A program made the translations under genes and the position numbers. From contig DASRIK010000246.1 of NCBI GenBank assembly GCA_035650035.1, positions 1-38,915 of the forward strand: 38,915 nucleotides of DNA, written 5' to 3'. The first letter of the stretch is position 1, and each line of letters opens with the position of its first letter. The DNA is from Burkholderiales bacterium (GTDB taxonomy: Bacteria > Pseudomonadota > Gammaproteobacteria > Burkholderiales > SG8-41). The notes beneath the pieces were generated by a model. The model saw only the letters and a list, made by a program, of their open reading frames with translations, was not told the DNA's origin and did no database searches. This document shows positions 19,216 to 28,613 of this stretch, piece after piece.

Positions 19216-20202
19216 ATGCCGCTTTCCTTCTTCACCGCCGCTCTCGCTTCGTGGCGCGCCGCGTACAGCGAAGTGCCGGGCGTATCGCTGCCGCCAGAGG
19301 CAGCCGATGCGGTGGTCCGCCTCAGTATCAAAGCGGTGGAAGACGCACGCACTGCCGACACGCTAGGCGCGGAACGTGAAGGCACGGGGATCGTGATCGA
19401 CGGCAAGCGCGGCCTGATTCTCACGATCGGTTATCTCGTCCTGGAGGCGGCCTCGATACTCGTGATGACGCGCGACGGGCGCATCTATCCGGCCACTGTC
19501 GCGGGCTTCGATCACGGCAGCGGATTCGGACTCGTGCGCGCGCTTTCGGGCGTCGCATCGGCTGCAGTGGACCTGGGGGATTCGGGATCGGTGCGAGAGC
19601 TCCAGACGGTGAGCGTGGCGGCGCACGGCGGAGCCGGCGGCACTTCGACTGCAGCGGTCGTGGCCCGACGGCGCTTTACCGGCTGGTGGGAGTACATGAT
19701 CGACGACGCGATTTTCACGTCGCCGCCGCGTTATGAGCATAGCGGCGCCGGTTTGCTCGACGAACGCGGCCGGCTCGTGGGCATTGCGTCGCTATGGGTG
19801 AGCGACGCGCTCGAAACGGGCGCTGCGTTTCCGGGCAACATGTTCGTGCCGGTCGATCTGCTCAAGCCCCTGCTCGAGGATCTCGTCGCAACCGGACGGC
19901 GCCGGGGGCCTGCACGACCGTGGCTTGGCGTCTATTCGGAGCAGCATGAAGGCCACGTGTTCGTCTCGCGCGCGCTTCCCGATTCGCCCGCGGAGCGCGC
20001 GGGCCTGAAGCGCGGCGACGTCATCCTCGGCGTGGCCGGTCAGTCGATCGGCGGCCAGAGCGATTTCTATCGCAAGCTCTGGTCGTGCGGTGAGGCAGGG
20101 TGCGACGTCGCGCTGCATGTGCTCCACGACAAAGCGGTGAAGCAGATCGTCGTGAGGACCGCCGACCGCATGGAGTACCTGCGGCCCTGGCGGGTCATGT
20201 AA
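19216..20202 (+). CDS. Trypsin-fold (S1C/HtrA-like) domain + PDZ domain protein, possibly catalytically degenerate
   Basis: GTGIVIDGKRGLILT... and SGAGLLDERGRLVGIAS align by eye to the HtrA protease core. PWLGVYSE...PDSPAERAGLKRGDVILGVAGQSI is a PDZ domain. Confidence 0.75.
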   Translation: MPLSFFTAALASWRAAYSEVPGVSLPPEAADAVVRLSIKAVEDARTADTLGAEREGTGIVIDGKRGLILTIGYLVLEAASILVMTRDGRIYPATVAGFDHGSGFGLVRALSGVASAAVDLGDSGSVRELQTVSVAAHGGAGGTSTAAVVARRRFTGWWEYMIDDAIFTSPPRYEHSGAGLLDERGRLVGIASLWVSDALETGAAFPGNMFVPVDLLKPLLEDLVATGRRRGPARPWLGVYSEQHEGHVFVSRALPDSPAERAGLKRGDVILGVAGQSIGGQSDFYRKLWSCGEAGCDVALHVLHDKAVKQIVVRTADRMEYLRPWRVM

Positions 20203-21273
20203 CTACTGTGGCGTGATGCCTACGGTCTGCACGACCTGCCTGTAACGCGCCGCGTCCTTTTTTATCCGCGCCAGGAACTCCGCCGGCGGCATGCCGATCG
20301 TTTCCGCACCGCCCACGACCGCGTAGCGTTCTTTTACGTCGGGCTGTTTCAGCGCTTCGACGGTCTCGCGATAGAGCCGGTCGACGATCGCTTTCGGCAC
20401 GCCTTTGGGTGCGAACATGCCGACCCAGATGGATGCGTCTACGCCTTTCAGCCCCGCGTCTCCCGCCGAGGACCATTCCGATGTCTGCGGCGTGCGCTTG
20501 GCCGTGCTGGTGCTGATCACGCGAACGCGCGGCGGCTTGAGGAAAGGCGTGACGCCGGGAAGCCCCGCGACGGTGAGTACCACTTCGCCTGTGGCCACGG
20601 CGGCCACCGCAGGCGCGCCGCCTTTGTATGGAATGTGATTCAGCTTGATACCGGCAGCGGATGCGAGCCACTCCGTCGCCAGATGATTGACGGAGCCGTT
20701 GCCCGGCGAGCCGTAGCTCAGCTGCCCGGGTTTCGCTTTGGCAGCGGCGATGAGGTCTTTCCAGCTCTGCATGGGAGACTGGTTGCCGACCACGACGAGC
20801 ATCGGTGCATCGCTCACCATGGTGATCGGCGTGAAGTCGCGCTCGAGATCGTAGGGCACGTCTTTGAACACGGCGGGGTTCACTGCGAATTCCCCGGTGT
20901 GTGCCATGAGCAGCGTGTATCCATCCGGCGCGCCGCGTGCGGCGGTCTGAACGGCGATAAATCCGTTGCCGCCGGGTCGGTTGTCCACGACGAATTGCCA
21001 TCCCAGTCGCTCGGTGAGCTTGTTCGTAAGAATGCGTGTCGATGTATCGACGACACCCCCGGGTGCGAAAGGCACGAGCATGCGTATGGGACGCTCGGGA
21101 TATTGTGGTGCCGCGGGCGGTGACGCAGCAATCGCCGCTGCGCAGGAGAGCGACAGGGCGAGTGCAATCGTCCTTCTGGCGAAAGCCAGAACCCATTTTC
21201 GAAGATAGCGTGAAAAATGGATGCCGGCGTACGCCAGCATGACGCGGGACCTGATCCGACGCGAGCTAATCAT
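20203..21273 (-). CDS. Tripartite tricarboxylate transporter substrate-binding protein (Bug/TctC family)
   Basis: The hallmark PQYPERPIRMLVPFAPGG follows a hydrophobic leader. ATG 21273 is preceded by AAGGAGGAGAG. An alternative ATG lies at 21240. Confidence 0.88.
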   Translation of the reverse strand: MISSRRIRSRVMLAYAGIHFSRYLRKWVLAFARRTIALALSLSCAAAIAASPPAAPQYPERPIRMLVPFAPGGVVDTSTRILTNKLTERLGWQFVVDNRPGGNGFIAVQTAARGAPDGYTLLMAHTGEFAVNPAVFKDVPYDLERDFTPITMVSDAPMLVVVGNQSPMQSWKDLIAAAKAKPGQLSYGSPGNGSVNHLATEWLASAAGIKLNHIPYKGGAPAVAAVATGEVVLTVAGLPGVTPFLKPPRVRVISTSTAKRTPQTSEWSSAGDAGLKGVDASIWVGMFAPKGVPKAIVDRLYRETVEALKQPDVKERYAVVGGAETIGMPPAEFLARIKKDAARYRQVVQTVGITPQ

Positions 21274-21314
21274 CTCTCCTCCTTGGTTCTTCTCGACTCG
21301 TCACTTCGCCACGG

Positions 21315-22784
21315 TCACAGCACGTCCTTCCACTTCTCCCGCACCTTCTCCTGCAGCTCTTTGCTCGCTTCCGCGACAGGCGGAAAGTTCGCGAGGTGCT
21401 CGAAAGGTCGGCAGGCGTCGACGATCGCCTTCGAGCTGAACGGCGCTTGGTACGGATACGCGATGAACATCGGATCGTTCTTCGAGCCCATGCCGCGTTT
21501 GATGATGTCGATGTCGATTTCCGGATCCGTACGCGTGGCGACCGCCCACATCACTTCCTGAAGGTTCGACGGGTCGATGTCTTCGTCGACGACGACGGAA
21601 TAGCGCGACATGTACGCAGCGACACCGCACTGGTTCAGGATATGTCCAGCCTGCCTGGCATGACCGGCGTAACGCTGCCGGATGGAAACGACGTTGAACA
21701 TGCGCGCGCCACCGATCTCGTGTGCCCACACGCTTTTTACGTCGGGCACGCCGGCAGCGGCGAGCGCGTCGAACAGGAGCGCCGAGCGCATGACCGCTTT
21801 CGAGTACGAATAATCGTTCGGCGGTTTCGCCGGCGGACTGCCGACGAGGATCGGATCGCGGCGGTAGTAGATACGCTTGACTTCAACGGCGGGCGCCGTG
21901 CCGGCTTTTCCGGGATAGTAGCCATGGAATTCGCCGAAGGGGCCTTCGGGGCGCTCGTCGCCGGGCTGCACATAGCCCTCGAGCACGATCTCCGCCGAGG
22001 CGGGGAACGGCAGGCCCGTCAACTCGCCGCGCAGCACCGACACGGGCTCGCCGAGTATCGCGCCGATGTAGTTGTACTCGCACATGCCGAACGGCACTTC
22101 GAGGCCGGAGATGAGATAGCCCAGCGGGTCCGCGCCAAGCACGATCACCACCGGGAAGGGCTTTCCGGCTTTCACGTGCTTGTCGTACTGGATCGCGCCG
22201 TGCTTCCCCGGCACCATGTCGAGACCGACCGAGCGCCGGTCGTGAATCATCACCCGGTACGTGCCGACGTTGACCCAGTCGCTGTCGATGTCTTTCGTGA
22301 CGACGGAGCAGCCGGTGCCGATATAACGGCCGCCATCGAGCTCGTGCCAGAGCGGTGACGGAAACGTGTAGAGGTCGACCTCCTCGTCGCGCTGGATGTT
22401 TTCGAGCACGGGTCCGGTCTGCGCCAGTACCGGATCGTATCGCGGCGCTTCCGCCTGCCATGTGCGCGGACGCCCGCGCAGCTTCTGGACGAGCGCATGG
22501 TGACTTGTCTCGACGCCGAGCCTCAGGATCGATGAAAGCCGCGCGGGGCTGCTCGTGCTGCACGTGAGCACCCGGAATCCTTCGGGGTAACCCGCGACGC
22601 GATCGAAAAGCAGCGCGGGATTGTTTTCTTTCTTGACGTTGAGCTCGCTCAACGCGCCGAGCTCGAGGTTCCAGTCCGCGCCATGGACGTCTTTCAGCTC
22701 TCCGAGCTTTCGCACTTCGTCGAGCCATGCACGGAGATCGAGCGGATTGGAGGTGGCGCGCGTGACGCCGTCCTCTCGTTTCAT
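21315..22784 (-). CDS. UbiD-family (prFMN-dependent) decarboxylase
   Basis: The 489-aa ORF starts with an LRAWLDEVRKLGELKDV... N-terminus and has UbiD-length architecture with GxxxGxY-type core blocks. Its ATG overlaps the stop of the upstream 2Fe-2S gene (ATGA). Confidence 0.85.
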   Translation of the reverse strand: MKREDGVTRATSNPLDLRAWLDEVRKLGELKDVHGADWNLELGALSELNVKKENNPALLFDRVAGYPEGFRVLTCSTSSPARLSSILRLGVETSHHALVQKLRGRPRTWQAEAPRYDPVLAQTGPVLENIQRDEEVDLYTFPSPLWHELDGGRYIGTGCSVVTKDIDSDWVNVGTYRVMIHDRRSVGLDMVPGKHGAIQYDKHVKAGKPFPVVIVLGADPLGYLISGLEVPFGMCEYNYIGAILGEPVSVLRGELTGLPFPASAEIVLEGYVQPGDERPEGPFGEFHGYYPGKAGTAPAVEVKRIYYRRDPILVGSPPAKPPNDYSYSKAVMRSALLFDALAAAGVPDVKSVWAHEIGGARMFNVVSIRQRYAGHARQAGHILNQCGVAAYMSRYSVVVDEDIDPSNLQEVMWAVATRTDPEIDIDIIKRGMGSKNDPMFIAYPYQAPFSSKAIVDACRPFEHLANFPPVAEASKELQEKVREKWKDVL

Positions 22785-23257
22785 GCGTTCCTCCGTTTGC
22801 TCGCCGCGAGCTTCACCGCGGCGACGATTTCCGGATACGCGGCGCAGCGGCAGAGGTTGCCCGAAAGATAGTGCCGGATGTCCGCGTCGCTCGGGTCGGG
22901 ATTTTCATCGAGCAGCTGACGGCTCATCAGCACGAAACCCGGCGTGCAGAAACCGCACTGAAACGCGCCGCATTCGACGAAAGCCTGCTGAACTGCGTCG
23001 AGCTCGCCCGTCGGCGAGTGCTCGACCGTGGTTATCTCTGCGCCGTCGATGAGCGCCGCGAGATAGAGGCATCCCGAGACGGCGCGTCCGTTCACGAGCA
23101 CGGTGCAGCAGCCGCAGAGGCCCTGGCCGCAGCTTTCGCGTGCTCCGAACAGCCCGAATCGCTGCAGCAGCTCGACGAGGTTGTGGTGCGGCGCGACCTC
23201 GGCCGAGACCGGCTCGCCGTTCAGTTGGAACCGTATCGTTCGGGGCGCAGCGCTCAT
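22781..23257 (-). CDS. Molybdenum hydroxylase small subunit, [2Fe-2S]-binding (CoxS-like)
   Basis: Two cluster motifs are present, CGQGLCGCCTV and CGFCTPG. Start is trimmed to ATG 23257, which overlaps the large-subunit stop (ATGA). Confidence 0.9.
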   Translation of the reverse strand: MSAAPRTIRFQLNGEPVSAEVAPHHNLVELLQRFGLFGARESCGQGLCGCCTVLVNGRAVSGCLYLAALIDGAEITTVEHSPTGELDAVQQAFVECGAFQCGFCTPGFVLMSRQLLDENPDPSDADIRHYLSGNLCRCAAYPEIVAAVKLAASKRRNA

Positions 23258-25542
23258 TCTTCCTCCAGCGGTTCGCCGCGTGCCGCGCACATCGCGCGGT
23301 AGACGGCCTCCGGCGTGAGCGGGAGCGTCGTCAAACGCACGCCGACGGCATCGTGTATCGCATTCGCAACAGCGGGCGTCACCCCGAACGTGCCGCTTTC
23401 GCCGACGCCCTTGGCGCCAAACGGGCCTTCGTGCTCGCGCGACTCGACCGCTTCATTCTCGAGCGCGGCCGGAATGTCGCGGATTCCGGGGATTTTGTAA
23501 TCGGCAAGCGAAGCGTTGGTGACCTGCCCGGCATCGAAAGTCATCTGCTCGAACATGGTGAAGCCGAGCTGCATGATCGCCGCGCCCGAAAGCTGCGTCT
23601 CGACGATTTGCGGATTGATCGGCTGTCCGACGTCGGCCACGTTCACGAGACGCGTGAGTTTCACGTGACCCGTTTCCGTGTCGACTTCTACTTCGACGCC
23701 CGTGCCCCCGATCATCCAGAACGGCGTCACCCGCGGTGATTGCCCCGTATCGTGGTCCGTCGGCACGTAGCCCGGAATGAAATCCCCGACGCCGACGATG
23801 TTGCCCGCCTGCATTCCGTATTTTTTGCGAAAGAGCTCGGAGATAGGCGTCGTTTCTGCAGAGACGCCGAGCTCGCCCGCCAGCGCAACGAGCTTGTCGC
23901 GCGCGTCCTCCGACGCGCGGCGTACCGCGTTCCCCATGTGGAATGTCGAACGCGAGCCGAGCGTCGCCATATCGTAGGGTGTCACGTCGGTATCCGGGTG
24001 GATGACTTTGATGCGTTCGAACGGAATGTCGAGCACTTCCGCTGCGATCTGTGCCATCGCGGTGTCCGAGCCCTGTCCCATGTCCACCGTGCTGCAGTAG
24101 ACGCCGCAGCTTCCGTCGGCATAGACGTTCACGATGGCGACCGAAGTAGTCGGCGCGATGCTCGCCTTGATACCGATCGCGATGCCGCGGCCGCGCCTGA
24201 TCGTGCCGCTGCCCCGGTCGAAAGGTTTGTCCCAGCTCATCCGGGTCGCGAGCCGCTCGAGCACGCGGTCGATCGCAGCATCCTTCATCAGTGTGCCCGT
24301 CGCCTGCGGCCGCCCGTTGCGAAGCAGATTGCGACGACGGAACTCGACCGGATCGATCTTGAGCTCGCGCGCAAGCATGTCCGTGTGGCTTTCGTACGCC
24401 CAGACGAGCTGCGGTATGCCGAAACCGCGTAGCGCACCCGCGGGCGGCAGGTTCGTATAGAGGGCGTACGAATCGATGCTCACGTTCTCGATATCGTACG
24501 GGCCGGCCGCCGTGAATCCGGATTTTTGCGTCACGCGCGGCCCGATGTCCGCATACGCGCCGCCGTTCCACAACACTTCGCATTGACGCGCCGTGATGCG
24601 TCCGTCTTCAGTGACTGCGCTCTTGATACGCAGATGCGCCGCGTGACGGGTGATGGTATAGAACTGCTCTTCCATCGTCCCGGCGATTTTCACCGGCCGG
24701 CGCGTGACGAGCGCGGCTGCGACGGCGAGCGCTTCGAGCTTGATATAGAGTTTCGCGCCGAATCCGCCGCCCAGGTAGGGCACTTTCACGCGCACGCGGT
24801 TCTCGGGCCAGTTGAGGAGCCGCGCTATTTCGATGCGGACGAACGAAACGCTCTGACTGGCGGTATGGATCGTGATCGTGTCTTCGCCCGGCTCGGCGAT
24901 CGAGACGAAAGGCTCGAGCGGCAGGTGGAGCACCTGCTGCGTACGGAACGTGTGCTCGAAAACACGATCGGCGCCTTTGAAGGCGGCTTCCGTGTCGCCC
25001 CGGCGAAGGCGGTAGTCGAGCGCGATATTGGTATTGCTGCGGCCTTCGAGGTGCTTCAGGTCCGGAAACGTTCCGGCGGGCTTCAGCACCTCGTGGACGA
25101 TCGCTTCGGAGGTCATCGCTTCGACTTCGTCGAAGACCGCGGGAAGCTCGTCGTAGTCGGCGACGATCTGCTGCGCGGCTTCTTCCGCGACGTGCGGGTC
25201 GGACGCGAGCACGAGTGCGACGGGCTCGCCCACATGCCGCACCTTGTCGATCGCGAGTATGGGCTGATCGTGAAAAGCCGGTCCGTAGTGAGGGTTCGGG
25301 ATCACGCGGCAAACGTCTTCGGCAGTGATGACCGCGTGCACGCCGGGCATCGCTCTCGCGGCGCTTACGTCTATTCCGCGAATGCGCGCGTGGGCGACCG
25401 TGCTTCGAAAGATCTTGCCGTACAGCATTGCCGGCAACCGCATGTTGTGGACGTACTCGGCGCGTCCGCTCACTTTGGAGCGGGCTTCGATGCGCGGATG
25501 GGACCGCCCGATCTGCGACCCGGAAGTTGTCTTCGTGTTCAT
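23254..25542 (-). CDS. Xanthine dehydrogenase-family molybdopterin-binding large subunit (CoxL-like)
   Basis: The 762-aa ORF carries GGGFGAKL, RGFGIPQ and the C-terminal active-site Glu block GAKGVGESG. I did not see the CO-dehydrogenase AYRCSFR-type loop. Confidence 0.9.
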   Translation of the reverse strand: MNTKTTSGSQIGRSHPRIEARSKVSGRAEYVHNMRLPAMLYGKIFRSTVAHARIRGIDVSAARAMPGVHAVITAEDVCRVIPNPHYGPAFHDQPILAIDKVRHVGEPVALVLASDPHVAEEAAQQIVADYDELPAVFDEVEAMTSEAIVHEVLKPAGTFPDLKHLEGRSNTNIALDYRLRRGDTEAAFKGADRVFEHTFRTQQVLHLPLEPFVSIAEPGEDTITIHTASQSVSFVRIEIARLLNWPENRVRVKVPYLGGGFGAKLYIKLEALAVAAALVTRRPVKIAGTMEEQFYTITRHAAHLRIKSAVTEDGRITARQCEVLWNGGAYADIGPRVTQKSGFTAAGPYDIENVSIDSYALYTNLPPAGALRGFGIPQLVWAYESHTDMLARELKIDPVEFRRRNLLRNGRPQATGTLMKDAAIDRVLERLATRMSWDKPFDRGSGTIRRGRGIAIGIKASIAPTTSVAIVNVYADGSCGVYCSTVDMGQGSDTAMAQIAAEVLDIPFERIKVIHPDTDVTPYDMATLGSRSTFHMGNAVRRASEDARDKLVALAGELGVSAETTPISELFRKKYGMQAGNIVGVGDFIPGYVPTDHDTGQSPRVTPFWMIGGTGVEVEVDTETGHVKLTRLVNVADVGQPINPQIVETQLSGAAIMQLGFTMFEQMTFDAGQVTNASLADYKIPGIRDIPAALENEAVESREHEGPFGAKGVGESGTFGVTPAVANAIHDAVGVRLTTLPLTPEAVYRAMCAARGEPLEEE

Positions 25543-25562
25543 GACTATGCCCTTCGAGAAGC

Positions 25563-26414
25563 TCAGGACAGAGCCTGCGCTACGGCGCGCGCGACGTAAA
25601 CGCGCAAAAGCTGTCGCTTGTAGCCGGCGGACCCGCGCACGCCGGATATCACGTTCGCTTCCTCCGCCGCGGCGTTACCCGCACGCTTGAGCAATGCCGC
25701 ATCGATCGTGTTTCCGCGAAGGAGCGCTTCCACCTCGTTCAGGCGCGTCGGTTTTTCGGTTGCGGCGCTCACGACGACACGCGCGTCGCCTACGCGCTGT
25801 CCGTCCGGATCGATGACAACAGCAATGCCGAGCGCCGGCCAGTCGTCTGCCGATCGCGCGGTGCACTTGAGATACACGCCCCGGCGATTGGGTTGGATGG
25901 GTATTCGGACCTGCGTAATCAGCTCGGCGCTGTCGAGCGAGGTTTCGTAATAGCCTTTGAACAGCTCTTCCGCCGGGATCGTGCGCTCGCCTGCGAGCGT
26001 TGCGGTCGTGAGGCGCGCGCCCAGCGCGATCAGCACCGGCGGCAAATCCATGTGCGGATCCGCATGTGCGAGATGGCCCCCGAGCGTTGCAACATTGCGT
26101 ACCCGCACGTTCGAGAGCGTGACGAGCGTCTGCGCGACGACGGGCAATTCCCGCCTGACGACGGCCGAGCGCTCGAGCGTACTCAGTGTCGCGAGCGCGC
26201 CTATGCGGATCTCGTTACCGGACGCTTCGATCTGCGAGTATTCGCGCGGAAGGCGTCGCAGGCTCACGAGCCGCGTCGGCCGGAAGACGCCCGCTTTCAT
26301 CATCAGCATGAGCGCGGTTCCGCCGGCGAGCGGACGCACGGCAGGATCGTCCTGATCGAGGTATTCGAGCGCCTCGCGAAGCGAATGGGGTTCCTGCAGC
26401 TCGAACGGACTCAT
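25563..26414 (-). CDS. Molybdenum hydroxylase FAD-binding medium subunit (CoxM-like)
   Basis: Start is trimmed to ATG 26414 (MSPFELQEPHSLREALEYL...RPLAGGTALM). It overlaps the CoxG-like stop (ATGA). Confidence 0.88.
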   Translation of the reverse strand: MSPFELQEPHSLREALEYLDQDDPAVRPLAGGTALMLMMKAGVFRPTRLVSLRRLPREYSQIEASGNEIRIGALATLSTLERSAVVRRELPVVAQTLVTLSNVRVRNVATLGGHLAHADPHMDLPPVLIALGARLTTATLAGERTIPAEELFKGYYETSLDSAELITQVRIPIQPNRRGVYLKCTARSADDWPALGIAVVIDPDGQRVGDARVVVSAATEKPTRLNEVEALLRGNTIDAALLKRAGNAAAEEANVISGVRGSAGYKRQLLRVYVARAVAQALS

Positions 26415-26881
26415 TGCGCCTCCGCAGGCGCGGCTTCCTCGAAAGCCGCGCGGAGGCGCGCGAAGAACTGTTTCTCCATCTGTTTTGCTTTGGACTTGAG
26501 CACTGGTTGTCCGACCGCGCCGAGCTTGCCCGTGAGCGCCGTATCGATCTCGTAGTGTACGAGCGTCGCATCGTCGAGCTCGGTAAGCGTCGTGCGCGAA
26601 GTCGCCGTAAGGCGCCCCACGACGCCGAGCGGCGTGCCTTCGACTTTTGCTTCGAGCGTTTGAGGGGGTTCGATACGGGTCAGCTCGACCACGACCTTGA
26701 ACTTGAATTGCAGATACGCGACTTTGGTTTCCAGCACCGCGTCGTAGTGTGTCCCGTTGATTTCGGTCAAATCCCGTATGCCTTCGATGCACGACGCGAA
26801 GAATTGTGGATCGCGAAGCGCCTCGAAAATCCTGGCCCGGGGCGCTTTGATAGTGATTTCACCGGAGAGCTTCATGGGCAT
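26411..26881 (-). CDS. SRPBCC-fold CoxG-like protein
   Basis: The 156-aa ORF (MKLSGEITIKAPRARIFEALRDPQFFASCIEG...) has the typical CoxG/SRPBCC N-terminus. It is the first gene of the operon. Confidence 0.8.
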   Translation of the reverse strand: MPMKLSGEITIKAPRARIFEALRDPQFFASCIEGIRDLTEINGTHYDAVLETKVAYLQFKFKVVVELTRIEPPQTLEAKVEGTPLGVVGRLTATSRTTLTELDDATLVHYEIDTALTGKLGAVGQPVLKSKAKQMEKQFFARLRAAFEEAAPAEAQ

Positions 26882-26942
26882 CGGAGTTTACCGCGTTACG
26901 AGTCGCGACGGACGGACGCCTCAGCGTGTAAGCTTGGCGAAT

Positions 26943-27680
26943 ATGCGCGTCGGCCTCTTCGTCACGTGTCTGGTAGATCTGATGCGTCCGCGCATCGGCT
27001 TCGCCGCGCTCGAGCTGCTGGAGGCCGCCGGGTGCGACGTCGTCGTCCCCTCGACGCAAACGTGTTGCGGCCAGCCGGGGTACAACTCGGGCGACCGCGG
27101 ATCGGCGCTCGCACTTGCAAGGAAAGTCGTTGCCGAATTCGCCGACTGCGAATATGTCGTTGCGCCGTCCGGCTCTTGTGCGGGCATGATACGGACGCAC
27201 TATCCGGACCTCTTCCGCGATGCACCCGAAGAGCTCGAAAAAGCGATGGCGCTCTGCTCGAAAACCTACGAGCTTACCGATTTCCTGGTGAATGTCGCAA
27301 AGCTCGAGCGAGTAAAGGCAGCATTGGATGTCCGCGTGACGTACCACGATTCGTGCTCGGGTTTGCGCGAGCTGGGCGTGAAAGCACAGCCGCGCGCGTT
27401 GCTGGCGAAAGTGGCGGGCCTGAAGATCGTTGAAATGACCCAGCCGGAACAGTGCTGTGGTTTTGGCGGGACGTTCTCCGTGAAGTTCGGCGATATATCC
27501 ACACACATCGTCGAACGTAAATGCGCTGACATCGTCGCGACCGGCGCCGATGCGGTGGTCCTCGGCGATCTCGGTTGCATGCTCAACATCGAAGGCAGGC
27601 TGCGGCGGAGGGGCAACGAAAAAACGAAAGTGCTGCACGTCGCGGAAGTGCTCACGGGCAGGACGGCGGAGGACAGTTGA
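26943..27680 (+). CDS. lutA: LutA/YkgE-type (Fe-S)-binding CCG-domain oxidoreductase subunit
   Basis: MRVGLFVTCLVD start and two CCG motifs (QTCCGQPGYNSG, EQCCGFGGTFSVKF). Confidence 0.87.
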   Translation: MRVGLFVTCLVDLMRPRIGFAALELLEAAGCDVVVPSTQTCCGQPGYNSGDRGSALALARKVVAEFADCEYVVAPSGSCAGMIRTHYPDLFRDAPEELEKAMALCSKTYELTDFLVNVAKLERVKAALDVRVTYHDSCSGLRELGVKAQPRALLAKVAGLKIVEMTQPEQCCGFGGTFSVKFGDISTHIVERKCADIVATGADAVVLGDLGCMLNIEGRLRRRGNEKTKVLHVAEVLTGRTAEDS

Positions 27681-27683
27681 TCG

Positions 27684-28613
27684 ATGAAAATTCTGGTAAT
27701 GGGATCGGGCGGCGTCGGTGGCTTCTATGGCGGCCGCCTCGCACATGCGGGCTGCGATGTCACATTCGTCGCGCGGGGCGCGCATCTCGCGGCCATGCGT
27801 GAGAATGGCCTGCTGATCGAAAACGAAGCGCAAGGCAACATCCACGTGCCGCGCGTAAACGTCACGGACGATCCGGCGAGCGCCGGGCGTGCAGACTTCG
27901 TGATTATCGGCGTGAAGCTCCGGGACACCGAAGCGGCCGCGCGCGCGGTGAAACCTGCAGTCGGCCCGGATACAGGCGTCCTGTCTCTGCAAAATGGCGT
28001 CATCAAGGACGACATCATCCGGCGCGTCGTCGGTCCCGACAATCTCATGGGCGGCGTCGCGTACGTCGGGACATCGATCGCACGCCCGGGCGTCATTCGA
28101 CAAGTCGGCACGCTGCAGCGACTTCTTTTCGGCGAGTACGACGGCCGCCGTTCGGCGCGCGCCGAGAAATTTCTCGACGCGCTGCTGAAAGCAGGCATCC
28201 AGGCCGAGCTTTCCACGGACATCCGCCGGACCTTGTGGGAGAAATACGTATTTCTGGTCGGGCTTTCCGGCAGCACAGCGACGATGCGACTGCCGATCGG
28301 GCCCATCCGCGAGAATCCGCAGACCCGCGCTTTTCTGCTCGATCTCATGAAAGAGACCGTCGCCGTCGGTCGTGCGCACGGCGTGGATCTGCCGGCCGAT
28401 TACGCCGAGCAGCGTCTTCGATTTGCAGACAGTGTCGCGTACGACATGACCTCTTCACTGCATCATGACCTCGAGCGCGGCAATCCGCTCGAAGTCGAAT
28501 GGCTCTCGGGCGGCGTGGTTCAGCTCGGAAAGGAAGTCGCCGTGCCGACACCGATGAACCGCGCAGTCTGGGACGTTCTGGCGCTGCACGCGAAAGGTAA
28601 ACGAACGCCGTGA
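27684..28613 (+). CDS. Ketopantoate reductase (PanE/ApbA) family 2-oxoacid reductase
   Basis: MKILVMGSGGVGGFYGGRLAHAGCDVTFVARG Rossmann start and an SSLHHDLERGNPLEVEWLSG C-terminal block. It begins 3 nt after lutA. Confidence 0.85.
   Translation: MKILVMGSGGVGGFYGGRLAHAGCDVTFVARGAHLAAMRENGLLIENEAQGNIHVPRVNVTDDPASAGRADFVIIGVKLRDTEAAARAVKPAVGPDTGVLSLQNGVIKDDIIRRVVGPDNLMGGVAYVGTSIARPGVIRQVGTLQRLLFGEYDGRRSARAEKFLDALLKAGIQAELSTDIRRTLWEKYVFLVGLSGSTATMRLPIGPIRENPQTRAFLLDLMKETVAVGRAHGVDLPADYAEQRLRFADSVAYDMTSSLHHDLERGNPLEVEWLSGGVVQLGKEVAVPTPMNRAVWDVLALHAKGKRTP

Noticed and set aside
22781-26881. Carbon monoxide dehydrogenase (coxSML) as the operon's function
   Set aside because: The large subunit shows generic xanthine-oxidase-family motifs, and I could not find the CODH-specific cysteine loop (AYRCSFR type). 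The Cox-like names are used only for subunit architecture.
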